Of a stretch of 64,000 bases of DNA, positions 10,078-19,621 are shown one piece after another. The stretch covers positions 1,484-65,483 of the forward strand of contig JAUWQN010000001.1 of assembly GCA_030611045.1 (NCBI GenBank), given 5' to 3'. The notes beneath the pieces are model-generated. The model had not been told where the DNA came from and ran no database searches. It was given only the letters and a program-made list of their open reading frames with translations. Numbering within the stretch: position 1 is the stretch's first letter; each line of letters opens with the position of its first letter. The position numbers and the translations under genes were made by a program. Source of the DNA: Methanosarcinales archaeon. Its GTDB lineage: Archaea > Halobacteriota > Syntropharchaeia > Alkanophagales > Methanospirareceae.

Positions 10078-10868
10078 TCAGCACACACCTTCGCTCCACA
10101 TAGTTTGACACATCTCTCAAACCCTTCTTTCATTATGTGCTTTGCCACTTCTTCAGGTATCCCGGAGCAAGCTATCCGTCCGTTAAGCATCACATGTGCA
10201 CGATCGGGCTTTATATAGTTCAATATAAATCCGCTGTGCGTAATTATAAGCCCAGACCGCTCTCTTTTACTTAGTATCTCGTCTCTACCCATAAGTTCAT
10301 TCATTAGATCGCCTATGAGTTCTATATTTTCGACATCTACACCAGAATCAGGTTCGTCAAACATGAGGAAGCTTGGGGCTTGCGCAAGGAGCTGTAGTAT
10401 CTCCGACCTTTTGACTTCTCCACCCGAAAATCCAAGATTCACATCCCGGTTCAAGAAATCAACGGAGATATTAAGCTTTTTTGCAAGCTCTATCACGCTC
10501 TCGTCTATTTTTTCCCCTTTTCTTCCCAACGCGATATTAACCATATCGCCGAGTTTAACACCCCTTATCTCTGGTGGGTGCTGGAAAGACATGCCCATTC
10601 CAAGTTTCACCCGTTCGTTGGTTGGAAAATCGGTTATATCCACACCGTTAAATGTTATATCCCCTTTTTTTACCTTATAAGCCGGAATACCAAGTATCGT
10701 CATCAGAAGTGTAGTCTTACCACAGCCATTAGGTCCAAATAATACGTGTACCTCGCCACGTTCAATACAGAGGTTAAAATCACTTATGATCTCCTTCCCC
10801 TCCACTTCTACTGTCAAATCTTTTATTTCCAGCATTTTACACCCAATAGGTGTTGTCAGCGCTTCCAT
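10074..10868 (-). CDS. sufC: Fe-S cluster assembly ATPase SufC (ABC-type)
   Basis: 264 aa. Walker A 'GPNGCGKTT', ABC signature 'FSGGEVKR', Walker B 'FLMFDEPDSGVD'. Confidence 0.9.
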   Translation of the reverse strand: MEALTTPIGCKMLEIKDLTVEVEGKEIISDFNLCIERGEVHVLFGPNGCGKTTLLMTILGIPAYKVKKGDITFNGVDITDFPTNERVKLGMGMSFQHPPEIRGVKLGDMVNIALGRKGEKIDESVIELAKKLNISVDFLNRDVNLGFSGGEVKRSEILQLLAQAPSFLMFDEPDSGVDVENIELIGDLMNELMGRDEILSKRERSGLIITHSGFILNYIKPDRAHVMLNGRIACSGIPEEVAKHIMKEGFERCVKLCGAKVCAE

Positions 10869-10990
10869 TTTTATCGCCTCCTTTAAATTATTACTACCAT
10901 GTAATATTTACATTTACAGGTCAATCACATAATAAATTTTCGGCACACGATTCACGTTGTAGAGTACGGATATTATTTCGCTTGCCGTTT

Positions 10991-11342
10991 TCAGTATCTT
11001 CCATTCCACTCATCCCCCATCAAGAACCTCCCAAGGATAGCTTCTGGTGGAGCTCTTCGCAGAAATGCCTCTTCCGGCGTCTCTCCATTGATATAGTCCA
11101 ACGCGCCGTGTATTCTGTTGTTATACCCACTTAAAAAGGCTTCGATAGTCTCAAATCGCCAACGGTGCCGATTATATTCCCGCCATAACCGCTCCAACTT
11201 GCCGTTGGTCTGCGGATTTCCCTTTCTTGACGGTACGTGTCTGATTCCTTCTTCTTTCAGGTATTGCTTGAACGCAGAGGTGCCAGAGTTCTTGTTGGGA
11301 TAAAAACGTGAGTCTCTATCTGTATTGACTTCTCTTATCAGG
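10991..11342 (-). pseudogene. truncated transposase/integrase catalytic-core (rve, IS481/IS3-superfamily-like) remnant
   Basis: Minus-strand frame encodes '...EVNTDRDSRFYPNKNSGTSAFKQYLKEEGIRHVPSRKGNPQTNGKMERLWREYNRHRW...YNNRIHGALDYINGETPEEAF...', the C-terminal half of a DDE rve domain (PQTNGK-ER...R-H-L-TP-E). HTH and the first catalytic Asp are missing, and the upstream frame is degenerate. Confidence 0.6.
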
Positions 11343-11425
11343 ATATTAAACTCAAGGGCTTTAGTCTACAGGAGATAATGGATACAATCCTGCGATTGAA
11401 TCGAAGTTACGAACAAGATGAGACG

Positions 11426-12481
11426 CTATTTTAAAATCCCTTCACTACATACAATTTCCATCGCATTTTGCGTATCAACCAGTTCAAAACCCGCGATTAG
11501 CTCATCCAGAGAGATGCGGTGCGTGATCAGATACTGTACATTTATCCTTCCAGCGGATAGCCGCCTCACCGCTTCTCTATTTTGCCCGGAAGTGCAACCG
11601 TATGCACCGAATATTTGAATCTCTTTATAGTGTACTAGGTTGTGGTCGAGGAAGATATTTTCATGCCCGTATGGCAGACCGGAGAAGAATACGATTCTGC
11701 CACGTTTATTGAGCATTTTCATGCCTCGAACAGGAACTTCTGGAGCGGAACAGGCTGGGATAACTACATCTACACCTCTATTATTGGTTTCTTCTCCTAT
11801 CGCTTCCACAGGGTCAGACTCTCTTGAATCTACGATGACATCTGCAATGTTGTTCTTTTCTGCAAATTCTATTCGCTGCGGTAATTTCTCAATGACTATG
11901 ATTTCAGATGCTCCGAGTAGCCGGGCAAGTTGCGCATTTAAATGTCCGATTGGACCTGCGCCGATGATTGCCACTGTATCTTCAGGACACACCCTGCATA
12001 ATGTCTGAGCATTAATACAACATGCGAGGGGTTCTGCGAGAGATGCCTCTTCAAAGGATAAAGACGGTGGTATCTTATTCACACAGCCATTTCGGACCCC
12101 GTTTGCGGGAACAAGCAGGTATTCAGCGAATCCTCCATCGTGATGGAAGCCGATTATCTTCATACAATCGCACATATTTGGAATGCCACTCATGCAGAAG
12201 GGACAAGTGCCACAAGGAAGCCCCGGTGCTACTTGCACTCGGGCACCCTCTTCAAATTTATCCTCAACTTCCTCTCCAACTTCAACGATTGTGCCTGCAA
12301 CTTCATGCCCGAGCACGCGCGGTAGTTTGAGGTCACGATGCCCCACATGAAACATCTTTACGTCTGTTTTGCAAATCGCACATGCTTCTACTTTTATCAA
12401 TATATCCCCACGGTTACACGAAGGTGTATCTATATCCGCTATCTTTAGATTCTCTGTTCCTATCAGAACCGCTGCTTTCAT
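11426..12481 (-). CDS. Zn-dependent alcohol/threonine-type dehydrogenase (MDR superfamily)
   Basis: 351 aa. Catalytic Zn 'CAICKTD...GHE', structural Zn Cys cluster 'CGTCPFCMSGIPNMCD', Rossmann 'IGAGPIG'. Confidence 0.8.
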   Translation of the reverse strand: MKAAVLIGTENLKIADIDTPSCNRGDILIKVEACAICKTDVKMFHVGHRDLKLPRVLGHEVAGTIVEVGEEVEDKFEEGARVQVAPGLPCGTCPFCMSGIPNMCDCMKIIGFHHDGGFAEYLLVPANGVRNGCVNKIPPSLSFEEASLAEPLACCINAQTLCRVCPEDTVAIIGAGPIGHLNAQLARLLGASEIIVIEKLPQRIEFAEKNNIADVIVDSRESDPVEAIGEETNNRGVDVVIPACSAPEVPVRGMKMLNKRGRIVFFSGLPYGHENIFLDHNLVHYKEIQIFGAYGCTSGQNREAVRRLSAGRINVQYLITHRISLDELIAGFELVDTQNAMEIVCSEGILK

Positions 12482-12482
12482 T

Positions 12483-13640
12483 TCAATTTGTATCCATCTC
12501 CCCTAACAGGCATTCAAGTTTGTTCTCACCCTGTACACCGTCAGAATTTTGTTTCCTCGCCCATTCTCTCAATTTAGCGATTGCTTTGCCTGATTCCAAT
12601 GTCCTTCTCGATATCTCGATCCCCTCACTGATGTCTCTGGCTTTGCCCATCAAGTATAAAATAGAAGCAGCATTGAGACATACGATATCGGCTTTTGGAC
12701 CATCTTCTACGCCACTCAATATCTTCAGGAAGCATAGCGCTTCTTCTTTAATGTTTGACGCAGGGAGAAGAGCATGTTCGTCAACGCGTTGAATTCCAAA
12801 CTCCTCGGGCGTAACAGCAAAGGTAGTGATTTCACCATTTTCGTGCAGTTCGGCAACGATTGTCTCGCCTATGGTGGAGACTTCATCCATGCCCTTAGTC
12901 CCATCTTCGTTCATACCATGTGCTACAAAGGCTCTTTGATAGCCAATTTCTCTCATCGTCATGGCGACGGGCTCTACCAGATCCTTAGAATAGACACCTC
13001 TTACAGCGTAGCGAGGGCATGCGGGATTGGCAAGAGATGCCGCAATATTCAAGAAAGTGCCAAAGCGGATTTGAGATAAGATTCTCGCCAGTTGGGGATG
13101 GATTTCCGGACTCATGCCATTGAAGATGCCAATTCCTGCTTCTTCTATACTCCTCTTTACAATCTCCACCTCACAGTCTACATCAATTCCTACTGCTTCC
13201 AGAATGTCAACTGCTCCGCACCGGGATGTAATTGCTCTTGCCCCGTGTTTCGCCATGCAGATGCCGTTGGCAGCCGCAACGATAGAAGCAGCGGTGCTGA
13301 TATTAAAGGTATTGAGTGCATCCATTCCGGTACCACAGTTTTCGACCAATGGCTGCGACACCGCTGGTGTTACTTTCATAGTATCGTATTCATAAATGGC
13401 TGCCCAAATGCCCGCGATTTCTTCCGGTATCGCCCCTTTAGCGGTCATTGCAGCTAAGAACGCACCTTGCTGTAGATCTGGCTGTTCATTTATGAGCACC
13501 TGGCGGAACATCTCGCACGCCTCGCTTCGTGTAAGGTTTCTTCCCCGCATGAGATCGGTAATCATACTGCCGAAATACTTTATCCTATCTTCAGACATCC
13601 TTTTTCCCTCATTCCTTATCCGGGACACCGGATTCTTCAA
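12483..13640 (-). CDS. anthranilate phosphoribosyltransferase (TrpD) family protein
   Basis: 385 aa. GT family-3 fold motifs '[25 protein letters not shown]' and N-terminal helical domain. Overlaps cobT by 32 nt and abuts the dehydrogenase start. Confidence 0.7.
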   Translation of the reverse strand: MKNPVSRIRNEGKRMSEDRIKYFGSMITDLMRGRNLTRSEACEMFRQVLINEQPDLQQGAFLAAMTAKGAIPEEIAGIWAAIYEYDTMKVTPAVSQPLVENCGTGMDALNTFNISTAASIVAAANGICMAKHGARAITSRCGAVDILEAVGIDVDCEVEIVKRSIEEAGIGIFNGMSPEIHPQLARILSQIRFGTFLNIAASLANPACPRYAVRGVYSKDLVEPVAMTMREIGYQRAFVAHGMNEDGTKGMDEVSTIGETIVAELHENGEITTFAVTPEEFGIQRVDEHALLPASNIKEEALCFLKILSGVEDGPKADIVCLNAASILYLMGKARDISEGIEISRRTLESGKAIAKLREWARKQNSDGVQGENKLECLLGEMDTN

Positions 13641-14673
13641 ACGTTGCCATCTCTCGCAATATCTTACAGGACGCTTCCACGAGGCTTATTCCAAGTGCCG
13701 CACCCGTGCCTTCACCAAGTCGCATATCCAGATTGAACATTGGTTCGATTCCAATGTGGTCTAAGATAGCTCGATGTCCTGCTTCAACTGAGAGATGCGA
13801 CGCAATGAGATAGTCCCTCATCTTTGGACTGAGTTCGTATGCGATAAGTGCTGCAGCGCCTGAAATGAACCCATCCACGACAACAGGAATTCGATGAGAT
13901 GCGGCAGCGAGCATCACACCCGCCATTCCTCCTATCTCAAATCCACCTACTTTCGCTAATATCTCAATTGCATCTCCCCTATCCGGCTTATTAACCGCCA
14001 ATGCCCCTTTTATCGTTCTTATCTTTGCTTTTAACCCCTCGTCATCCAAGCCCGTGCCACGTCCAGTTACCTTCTCCACTGGCTCGTCTGTTATGAACGC
14101 GACGATAGCACTGCTCGGTGTTGTGTTTCCTATACCCATATCACCTACACCCACGATGTCGATGCCACGCGCCAGTTCATTCTCCAGAACTTCTATTCCC
14201 GCTTCGATAGAGTGCACAGCATCTTCATATCCCATTGCAGGTCCTTTTGCCATATTAGCGGTTCCATAAGCGATTTTATTGTCAATGAAATTCTCAACAC
14301 TGCCCTTAATCTCGATATCCGCTGCCACACCCATATCCACGACAATAACCCTCGCACCGATATATCTTGCGAGAACGTTTATCGCCGCACCACCGCTTAA
14401 GAAATTATAAACCATTTGCGGTGTTACTTCTTTTGGATAAGCACTCACGCCTTCCTCTGCAATGCCGTGGTCTCCAGCCATTGTTATTATCACTTTGTCA
14501 TTTATCTCCGGCATATAATCCCCGGTAATCCCTGCAACCTTCACCGAAAGGTCTTCCAGAACGCCGAGACTACGCAGTGGTTTTGTGAGTGTATCCTGTC
14601 GTGCCCTTGCGATCTCCATTGCATCTCCGTCTAACGGTTCAATCCGTTCTATGGTTTCTTTTATCTTGTCCAT
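13609..14673 (-). CDS. cobT: nicotinate-nucleotide--dimethylbenzimidazole phosphoribosyltransferase (CobT)
   Basis: 354 aa. Archaeal CobT pattern: '[11 protein letters not shown]' N-terminus, 'GMAGDHG', 'GDMGIGNTT', 'EAGHRAI', '[12 protein letters not shown]'. Confidence 0.85.
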   Translation of the reverse strand: MDKIKETIERIEPLDGDAMEIARARQDTLTKPLRSLGVLEDLSVKVAGITGDYMPEINDKVIITMAGDHGIAEEGVSAYPKEVTPQMVYNFLSGGAAINVLARYIGARVIVVDMGVAADIEIKGSVENFIDNKIAYGTANMAKGPAMGYEDAVHSIEAGIEVLENELARGIDIVGVGDMGIGNTTPSSAIVAFITDEPVEKVTGRGTGLDDEGLKAKIRTIKGALAVNKPDRGDAIEILAKVGGFEIGGMAGVMLAAASHRIPVVVDGFISGAAALIAYELSPKMRDYLIASHLSVEAGHRAILDHIGIEPMFNLDMRLGEGTGAALGISLVEASCKILREMATFEESGVPDKE

Positions 14674-14737
14674 GCTGGGAACATCAAAAACATCCGTTTT
14701 TAAATGTATCTTTTTGTATTACGAGTGTAATGCAAAA

Positions 14738-15667
14738 ATGGAACCCGTAAACATCAGACTACCAGAAGTGAAAATACAGAAGATTGATGAACTCGCCGCT
14801 AAGAATGGCATCACTCGCTCTGAGGTAATAAGACATGCACTGACGATTTATTTTCAACTCTTAGAGAACATCGGGGGATTCATAGACCTCAGGAGCTTGA
14901 GAATATCACCAAATGAGATTTTAACCTCTAAATGGGGTGACCTCGTTATTATGAGACTCAAGAGTGGACAGGCAATCGTGCTCGCTAATACATCCTCCGG
15001 CAGTATAGGACCGAAAAAAGAAGACGCGGTTAAACTTGATGGTAAACTCCTGGGACAGTTAATGGCTCGGACAGTGCTTGTAAAGGTTCTGTCTTCGGGA
15101 GCACAGCCGATTGCTTTGATCGCCAACCTGAGTGTAGAATTTTTCCCCACCGGCTCTCAAATATTCCAGGGGATAAGAGAAGAGGCACATAAAATTAAAG
15201 CCCTGGAGATATTAGAAGGGCATACAGAAGAGAATATGGAAACAAACCAAACGGGCATGGGTATCACCGTATTGGGAATATGCATGGAAAAAGAGTTGAA
15301 AATAGGAAAGTCGTTGAAAAATGACTTGATTGTCGCCGTAGGTGAGCCAAAGGTGGGGTACGAAGTGCTAAATGTCATAAAAGCTAATGCCAGAAGTATC
15401 GTAATGGTGGAGGATGTGCAGAAACTCTCAAAGATGGGATTTGTCCATGAAATCATACCCGTTGGTCACGTGGGGATAAAGGGAAGTTTAGAGATGATGC
15501 AGAGTAGCTCAGGTTATAAATACAAATTAGAGCCAGAAATGGATATTGATATTGAGAAATCGGCGGGACCTTCAACCGTTGTGCTTGTTACAGTGGAAGA
15601 GGGAAGTATGGAAATGCTGAGGAAATCGGTTAAAAAGCAGGTTCAATTCATAGGGAGGATTTTGTGA
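14738..15667 (+). CDS. ribbon-helix-helix (CopG/NikR-like) domain fused to AIR-synthase-related (PurM-like) domain protein
   Basis: The ORF opens at 14585 but overlaps cobT; the first plausible start is the ATG at 14738 ('MEPVNIRLPEVKIQKIDELAAKNGITRSEVIRHAL' reads as an RHH). The remainder resembles the PurM-like N-domain ('LMARTVLVKVLSSGAQPIALIANLSV'). Confidence 0.4.
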   Translation: MEPVNIRLPEVKIQKIDELAAKNGITRSEVIRHALTIYFQLLENIGGFIDLRSLRISPNEILTSKWGDLVIMRLKSGQAIVLANTSSGSIGPKKEDAVKLDGKLLGQLMARTVLVKVLSSGAQPIALIANLSVEFFPTGSQIFQGIREEAHKIKALEILEGHTEENMETNQTGMGITVLGICMEKELKIGKSLKNDLIVAVGEPKVGYEVLNVIKANARSIVMVEDVQKLSKMGFVHEIIPVGHVGIKGSLEMMQSSSGYKYKLEPEMDIDIEKSAGPSTVVLVTVEEGSMEMLRKSVKKQVQFIGRIL

Positions 15668-15718
15668 TGAGTTGCCTATATTACCTTTTAATACGGGATA
15701 AAATTAAAAAGATGAAAA

Positions 15719-16723
15719 ATGAACCACACAAAGGATACTGTATCTGGTTGGCTTGAGCTTTCCGGGTTGCCGAAGTTCACCACCACTATGCTCCCATTCC
15801 TCTTAGGGGCGGTCTTAGCATGGGCTGACGGGTACCCTTTCGATGGCACGGTATTTGCAATCTCGCTGCTTGCGGTCTTTCTACTGACGGATTTCTGCTT
15901 CGTGCTCAATGCGAGCAGTATATACGCGGATTTGAAGCAGAAAGGGATTGATTTTGGTAATGTAGAGGGAATGAGCACGCTTCATAATACCGCGGTCAGC
16001 GGGCGGTTTAACGCATTTGCGAAAGGGCTTATAACAGTGAAGCAGGCGAATATCGGTGCTTATCTATGCGCATTGGCTGCTTTACCACTCGGCGTGCTGT
16101 TACATTTTTATTTCGAGACCGGGGGTCTAACCTTGACACTCGGTCTCCTTGGCATAATCATCCCATACTCATATTCAAGGGGACCACGGTTCTCTTACCA
16201 CGGCTTGGGTGAACTAACACTAACCGCGGGAGTAGGATGGCTGACTGTCTTCAGCGGTTACTATTTGCAAGCAGGCCAGGTAAGCTGGCTCCCCACGATT
16301 GTTGCCCTCCCATGGGTGATAGATGTATTTAAGCTGAAATTAACGCGGGAAATCCCGGATTTCGAGTGTGACAGCGTGATAAACCGCAGGAATCTGGCAA
16401 TTCGATTGGGTAAGACCACGACTGCAGGCCTTTATCTACCGTTGACGGTTTGTTCATGGCTCGCATTTATCCCACTTCTTTTCCTTGACCTTGGCATCCC
16501 ATACGTTCTCTTCGTGCTGTTAGCCCTTCCGATGTTCTTCGCTGCAAAGAGTTTGCTTTTAATTCAACCGTTTAAAAGAAGTTTGATCGAAAATAGGAGC
16601 GAAGAGGGAATCAAGGAAGAGATCAGTGCGATAACTAAAAATGCCTTCACCGGCATGATACTGATTCCTGTTGCACTAATCGTGATTTTTGGGCTTACAA
16701 TGGTGACGACAATGGTGTTGTAG
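15719..16723 (+). CDS. polytopic membrane protein, UbiA-prenyltransferase-like topology (weak)
   Basis: 334 aa with about 8-9 predicted TM helices. No clear Asp-rich NDxxDxxxD motif, so a prenyltransferase assignment is tentative. Confidence 0.3.
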   Translation: MNHTKDTVSGWLELSGLPKFTTTMLPFLLGAVLAWADGYPFDGTVFAISLLAVFLLTDFCFVLNASSIYADLKQKGIDFGNVEGMSTLHNTAVSGRFNAFAKGLITVKQANIGAYLCALAALPLGVLLHFYFETGGLTLTLGLLGIIIPYSYSRGPRFSYHGLGELTLTAGVGWLTVFSGYYLQAGQVSWLPTIVALPWVIDVFKLKLTREIPDFECDSVINRRNLAIRLGKTTTAGLYLPLTVCSWLAFIPLLFLDLGIPYVLFVLLALPMFFAAKSLLLIQPFKRSLIENRSEEGIKEEISAITKNAFTGMILIPVALIVIFGLTMVTTMVL

Positions 16724-16948
16724 CATTTTGTGACAATCAAGTCATCAGATTTTTTGCTGAGCTGAGAGAGAAATGAATATGTCCTCCACAAGCGCTCTCA
16801 AAAAGGTGAATAGATACAAGCACTCTAAAGAATTTTATAATCCTTTTTCTACTTCCAGAACTACAGTATATTAAACGATTTTTGGTAAAAAGAAAAATAG
16901 CCGCTCAGTCTATTGTTTTTGCAATTTGCATTCTATTCTGCATCAATT

Positions 16949-17902
16949 TTAATCCCTCAATTCGCCCATATAGAGCCATTGGTCGAAATAGCCTTTACTT
17001 TCTTTGTTCTCTTTTATTACCGCTTCAAACTCATCTTGTAATATCTCATTCAGAATCCCCGTTTCTTCTTCATTCGATACCGTAAATAGCACCTTACCCT
17101 TGCTTTTTAAAACTTTTGGGACTGCTTTGAGCACCTTTTCCCATGTAAATCGCTCAAACGGTGTGAGCTTGCCCACCATAAATCCGAACACCACGTCAAA
17201 TTCCTTACCAAAGAATGCTGAAAGCAGTGAACAATCCAGTACAATGCTCTTCTTGGGCTTTAATACGCCTTCCTCTAATCCTTTGCAAATTTCACATCTG
17301 TTTATATCAATAGCGAGCGGGAAAATACCTGATTCGTGCAGTGCAATCGTAGCACCACCATTGCCACAGCCGATTTCGAGCGCTTTCGTAGTTTCTGCTG
17401 TTTCAACACTATATTCCCTTAAAAATTCGCTTAGCACTTTTTTCAATACCTCTATCCTCTCCCTGGGATAAAAGCTCTCCTCCTTTAAATCACAATCACA
17501 AAATAATCGGTTCACCAATCCCACGGAATAAAATTCGATCACCCCGTCATGATATTTTTCCCTCTTAACCTCTACCACCCGTTCCTGAGCACCTTTTATC
17601 TTATGTGCGAGAGCCTCAAAGTCTTCTTTCCTTACCTTATCTGCAATAACATCGGTGAAGATAATCCAGAAATCCAGGTCTTTATCACGTAGGGCAATGC
17701 CGATTAGCTCGTTTCGCTCATCATAGATCCTTACCAGTTCTAACACATCTTCTTCTTTGACGTTCCCCATATATTCGAGCGTTCTGCCAATCCACTTTTG
17801 CCCCGCATAGCTCTCTTCCACCAGCATAGAATTGTCAATTGCCAATAAATTGCTTAATTCCATTTTCATTTGATCAACTTCCTCTTTCATCGCCCTAAAC
17901 AA
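16949..17902 (-). CDS. class I SAM-dependent methyltransferase with extra N-terminal domain
   Basis: 317 aa. SAM motif I 'LEIGCGNGGATIAL', followed by 'DIN' and a 'VVFG' motif II/III. Start overlaps the upstream gene by 16 nt. Confidence 0.6.
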   Translation of the reverse strand: MFRAMKEEVDQMKMELSNLLAIDNSMLVEESYAGQKWIGRTLEYMGNVKEEDVLELVRIYDERNELIGIALRDKDLDFWIIFTDVIADKVRKEDFEALAHKIKGAQERVVEVKREKYHDGVIEFYSVGLVNRLFCDCDLKEESFYPRERIEVLKKVLSEFLREYSVETAETTKALEIGCGNGGATIALHESGIFPLAIDINRCEICKGLEEGVLKPKKSIVLDCSLLSAFFGKEFDVVFGFMVGKLTPFERFTWEKVLKAVPKVLKSKGKVLFTVSNEEETGILNEILQDEFEAVIKENKESKGYFDQWLYMGELRD

Positions 17903-18453
17903 TACGCAATAAACTGTTCTGAGGGGTATTCATGGATTGTCGTAGCGATAATCTCACCAGCCCCATACTCCGAGACAGCCAAAATCGCTTTCTCATCGTC
18001 ATCTTCTTTTACCACTAATATTACGTCCCAGCCATCTTCCATCTCTTCAAAGTAGCCGTCGCACAAACATTCTACGGTTTCCACTATTGCTGCTGTCTTA
18101 TGCGCCTTCATCTGCTCTATTTTTGCCCTTCGCACCTCTCTCACATAATTGACTTTTAGGGGGAGCCAATTGTATGCATCCCTACTTGAGAATGCACCGG
18201 ATACCAAAAGGGTACCTCCTACAGTTACGAAATTATTTATGAACTCGCTGGTTGCTCTAAGATCAGTTAGTACTCCGGAATAAAACGCATTTCCAAAACC
18301 CGCCGGCACTATTAGCAACTTACGTGCTCTCCATGAGAAGAAAGGTGCAGCTAAGATTTTTGGCGTTAACACCTCACAGTCAAACCCCCGATCGGCAAGA
18401 TACTGCTTAAATGGTGTATCTTTATCCCAGAGCAATGTAATTCCCATCTCCAT
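17887..18453 (-). CDS. hypothetical protein (possible class-I glutamine-amidotransferase-like fold)
   Basis: 188 aa. 'KLLIVPAGFG' resembles a DJ-1/GATase nucleophile-elbow context, but no catalytic Cys is evident. Coupled to the methyltransferase. Confidence 0.3.
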   Translation of the reverse strand: MEMGITLLWDKDTPFKQYLADRGFDCEVLTPKILAAPFFSWRARKLLIVPAGFGNAFYSGVLTDLRATSEFINNFVTVGGTLLVSGAFSSRDAYNWLPLKVNYVREVRRAKIEQMKAHKTAAIVETVECLCDGYFEEMEDGWDVILVVKEDDDEKAILAVSEYGAGEIIATTIHEYPSEQFIAYCLGR

Positions 18454-18550
18454 CTGTTCTTCCTTTTTACCACAGCAAAAAAATATAGTTGGATTTATAG
18501 ATGATTTTGTGCTTAGTGCTTAGCTTAGCAGGTTTTGCGGTTACCTCATA

Positions 18551-19150
18551 TTATTGTAGTTCTTGAAGGCTCATTTTTACTTTACTTACGATTTCGTTAA
18601 GCTTCTCTTGTGGAACCCCCTCATGCCTTACAATGCCAGTTACGATAGCCACTAATTTTCCCGGCGTATCTCCCTCTTTAAATCTCGTGCTCACTCCTAT
18701 CGACTCGAAATCTTTAAAAGTTGCGGGACATTGACAGAGAACGATGGCCGGTATATCCACCCTTTTCAAAATAAACCGCACTTTATAGATAAAATGTTGT
18801 TTGACGTTACCATGATGTAATACAGCAAGCTTATGTCTTCCGATTATATCCAGCTCCCTTGGCTCCAATCCAAAAGCTACGCCATGCCCCCCCTTGATTG
18901 GTGCCTCTGCCGGCGTTCCATCACCTGCATTCAATACTAATACACTCGCGTGAACACCTTTGTCCCTTAATTCGGTAGTTATTTCACATACCGGTTTGGG
19001 CACATGCCTCACACCAGGGGACATTGCCAGTGCTATAACATCACTTTCCCATGCTTTCGAAAATGTCCCTCTCTGAGCCATACCACCGCCTAACCCAAGC
19101 CCTTGCCCCTTCCTACATGCTACAATCTGGGTGCCTCTTCCTACAGACAT
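18551..19150 (-). CDS. McrC-like protein (methyl-coenzyme M reductase operon protein C family; MCR activation)
   Basis: 199 aa. 'GLGLGGGMAQRGTF...AMSPGVRHVPKPVCEIT...LVLNAGDG...KLAVLHHGNVKQHFIYKVRFILKR' matches the McrC/Mmp7 family pattern. Length fits McrC (about 200 aa). Confidence 0.55.
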   Translation of the reverse strand: MSVGRGTQIVACRKGQGLGLGGGMAQRGTFSKAWESDVIALAMSPGVRHVPKPVCEITTELRDKGVHASVLVLNAGDGTPAEAPIKGGHGVAFGLEPRELDIIGRHKLAVLHHGNVKQHFIYKVRFILKRVDIPAIVLCQCPATFKDFESIGVSTRFKEGDTPGKLVAIVTGIVRHEGVPQEKLNEIVSKVKMSLQELQ

Positions 19151-19246
19151 CTTTTAATCAGGACCTCGAATTACTCTCAACTCTTCTACTTGTTTTTGGA
19201 GTGACAAATAATCTTGGCAATAATACCATATAAAAGTTGAAAAGCT

Positions 19247-19621
19247 CTAACGCCGCCGTTTTTTCTTTAACATCATTATATCTGGTCTTGGAGGCGCTTT
19301 AGAGCCCGCAAACTCGTTCCTACAACGTTCACACAAGTCTCTTGTGGTAAGCACAACCACTTCTTCACTCCCTGGCAGCTTCCTCGCATATATGATTTCG
19401 GGCTTTACACCAACTGACTCACTTATCTCTTCCAGTATTGCATTTATCTTCTCCGTGAATACCTCTACCGCATCGCTCTGCAATCCCCTCAGGTCTGCAG
19501 CAAAGCCAACACAGCCACATGCCATTCCGAATACTTTTGCTTCTGGTACGAATATATTGCCCACCAGTTTCCTCAGTTCTTCTTCAAGTCTTCTCCTACC
19601 TTCTATTATCTCTTCTTTCAC
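19247..19621 (-). CDS. small Cys-containing hypothetical protein with basic C-terminus
   Basis: 124 aa. Cys pairs 'CGC' and 'CERC', C-terminal 'LKKKRRR'. Overlaps the upstream U32-like gene by 4 nt. Confidence 0.35.
   Translation of the reverse strand: MKEEIIEGRRRLEEELRKLVGNIFVPEAKVFGMACGCVGFAADLRGLQSDAVEVFTEKINAILEEISESVGVKPEIIYARKLPGSEEVVVLTTRDLCERCRNEFAGSKAPPRPDIMMLKKKRRR

Noticed and set aside
14585-14737. N-terminal extension of the RHH-PurM-like ORF back to 14585
   Set aside because: The extension overlaps the 3' end of cobT on the opposite strand and encodes low-complexity sequence. The ATG at 14738 gives a sensible RHH N-terminus.
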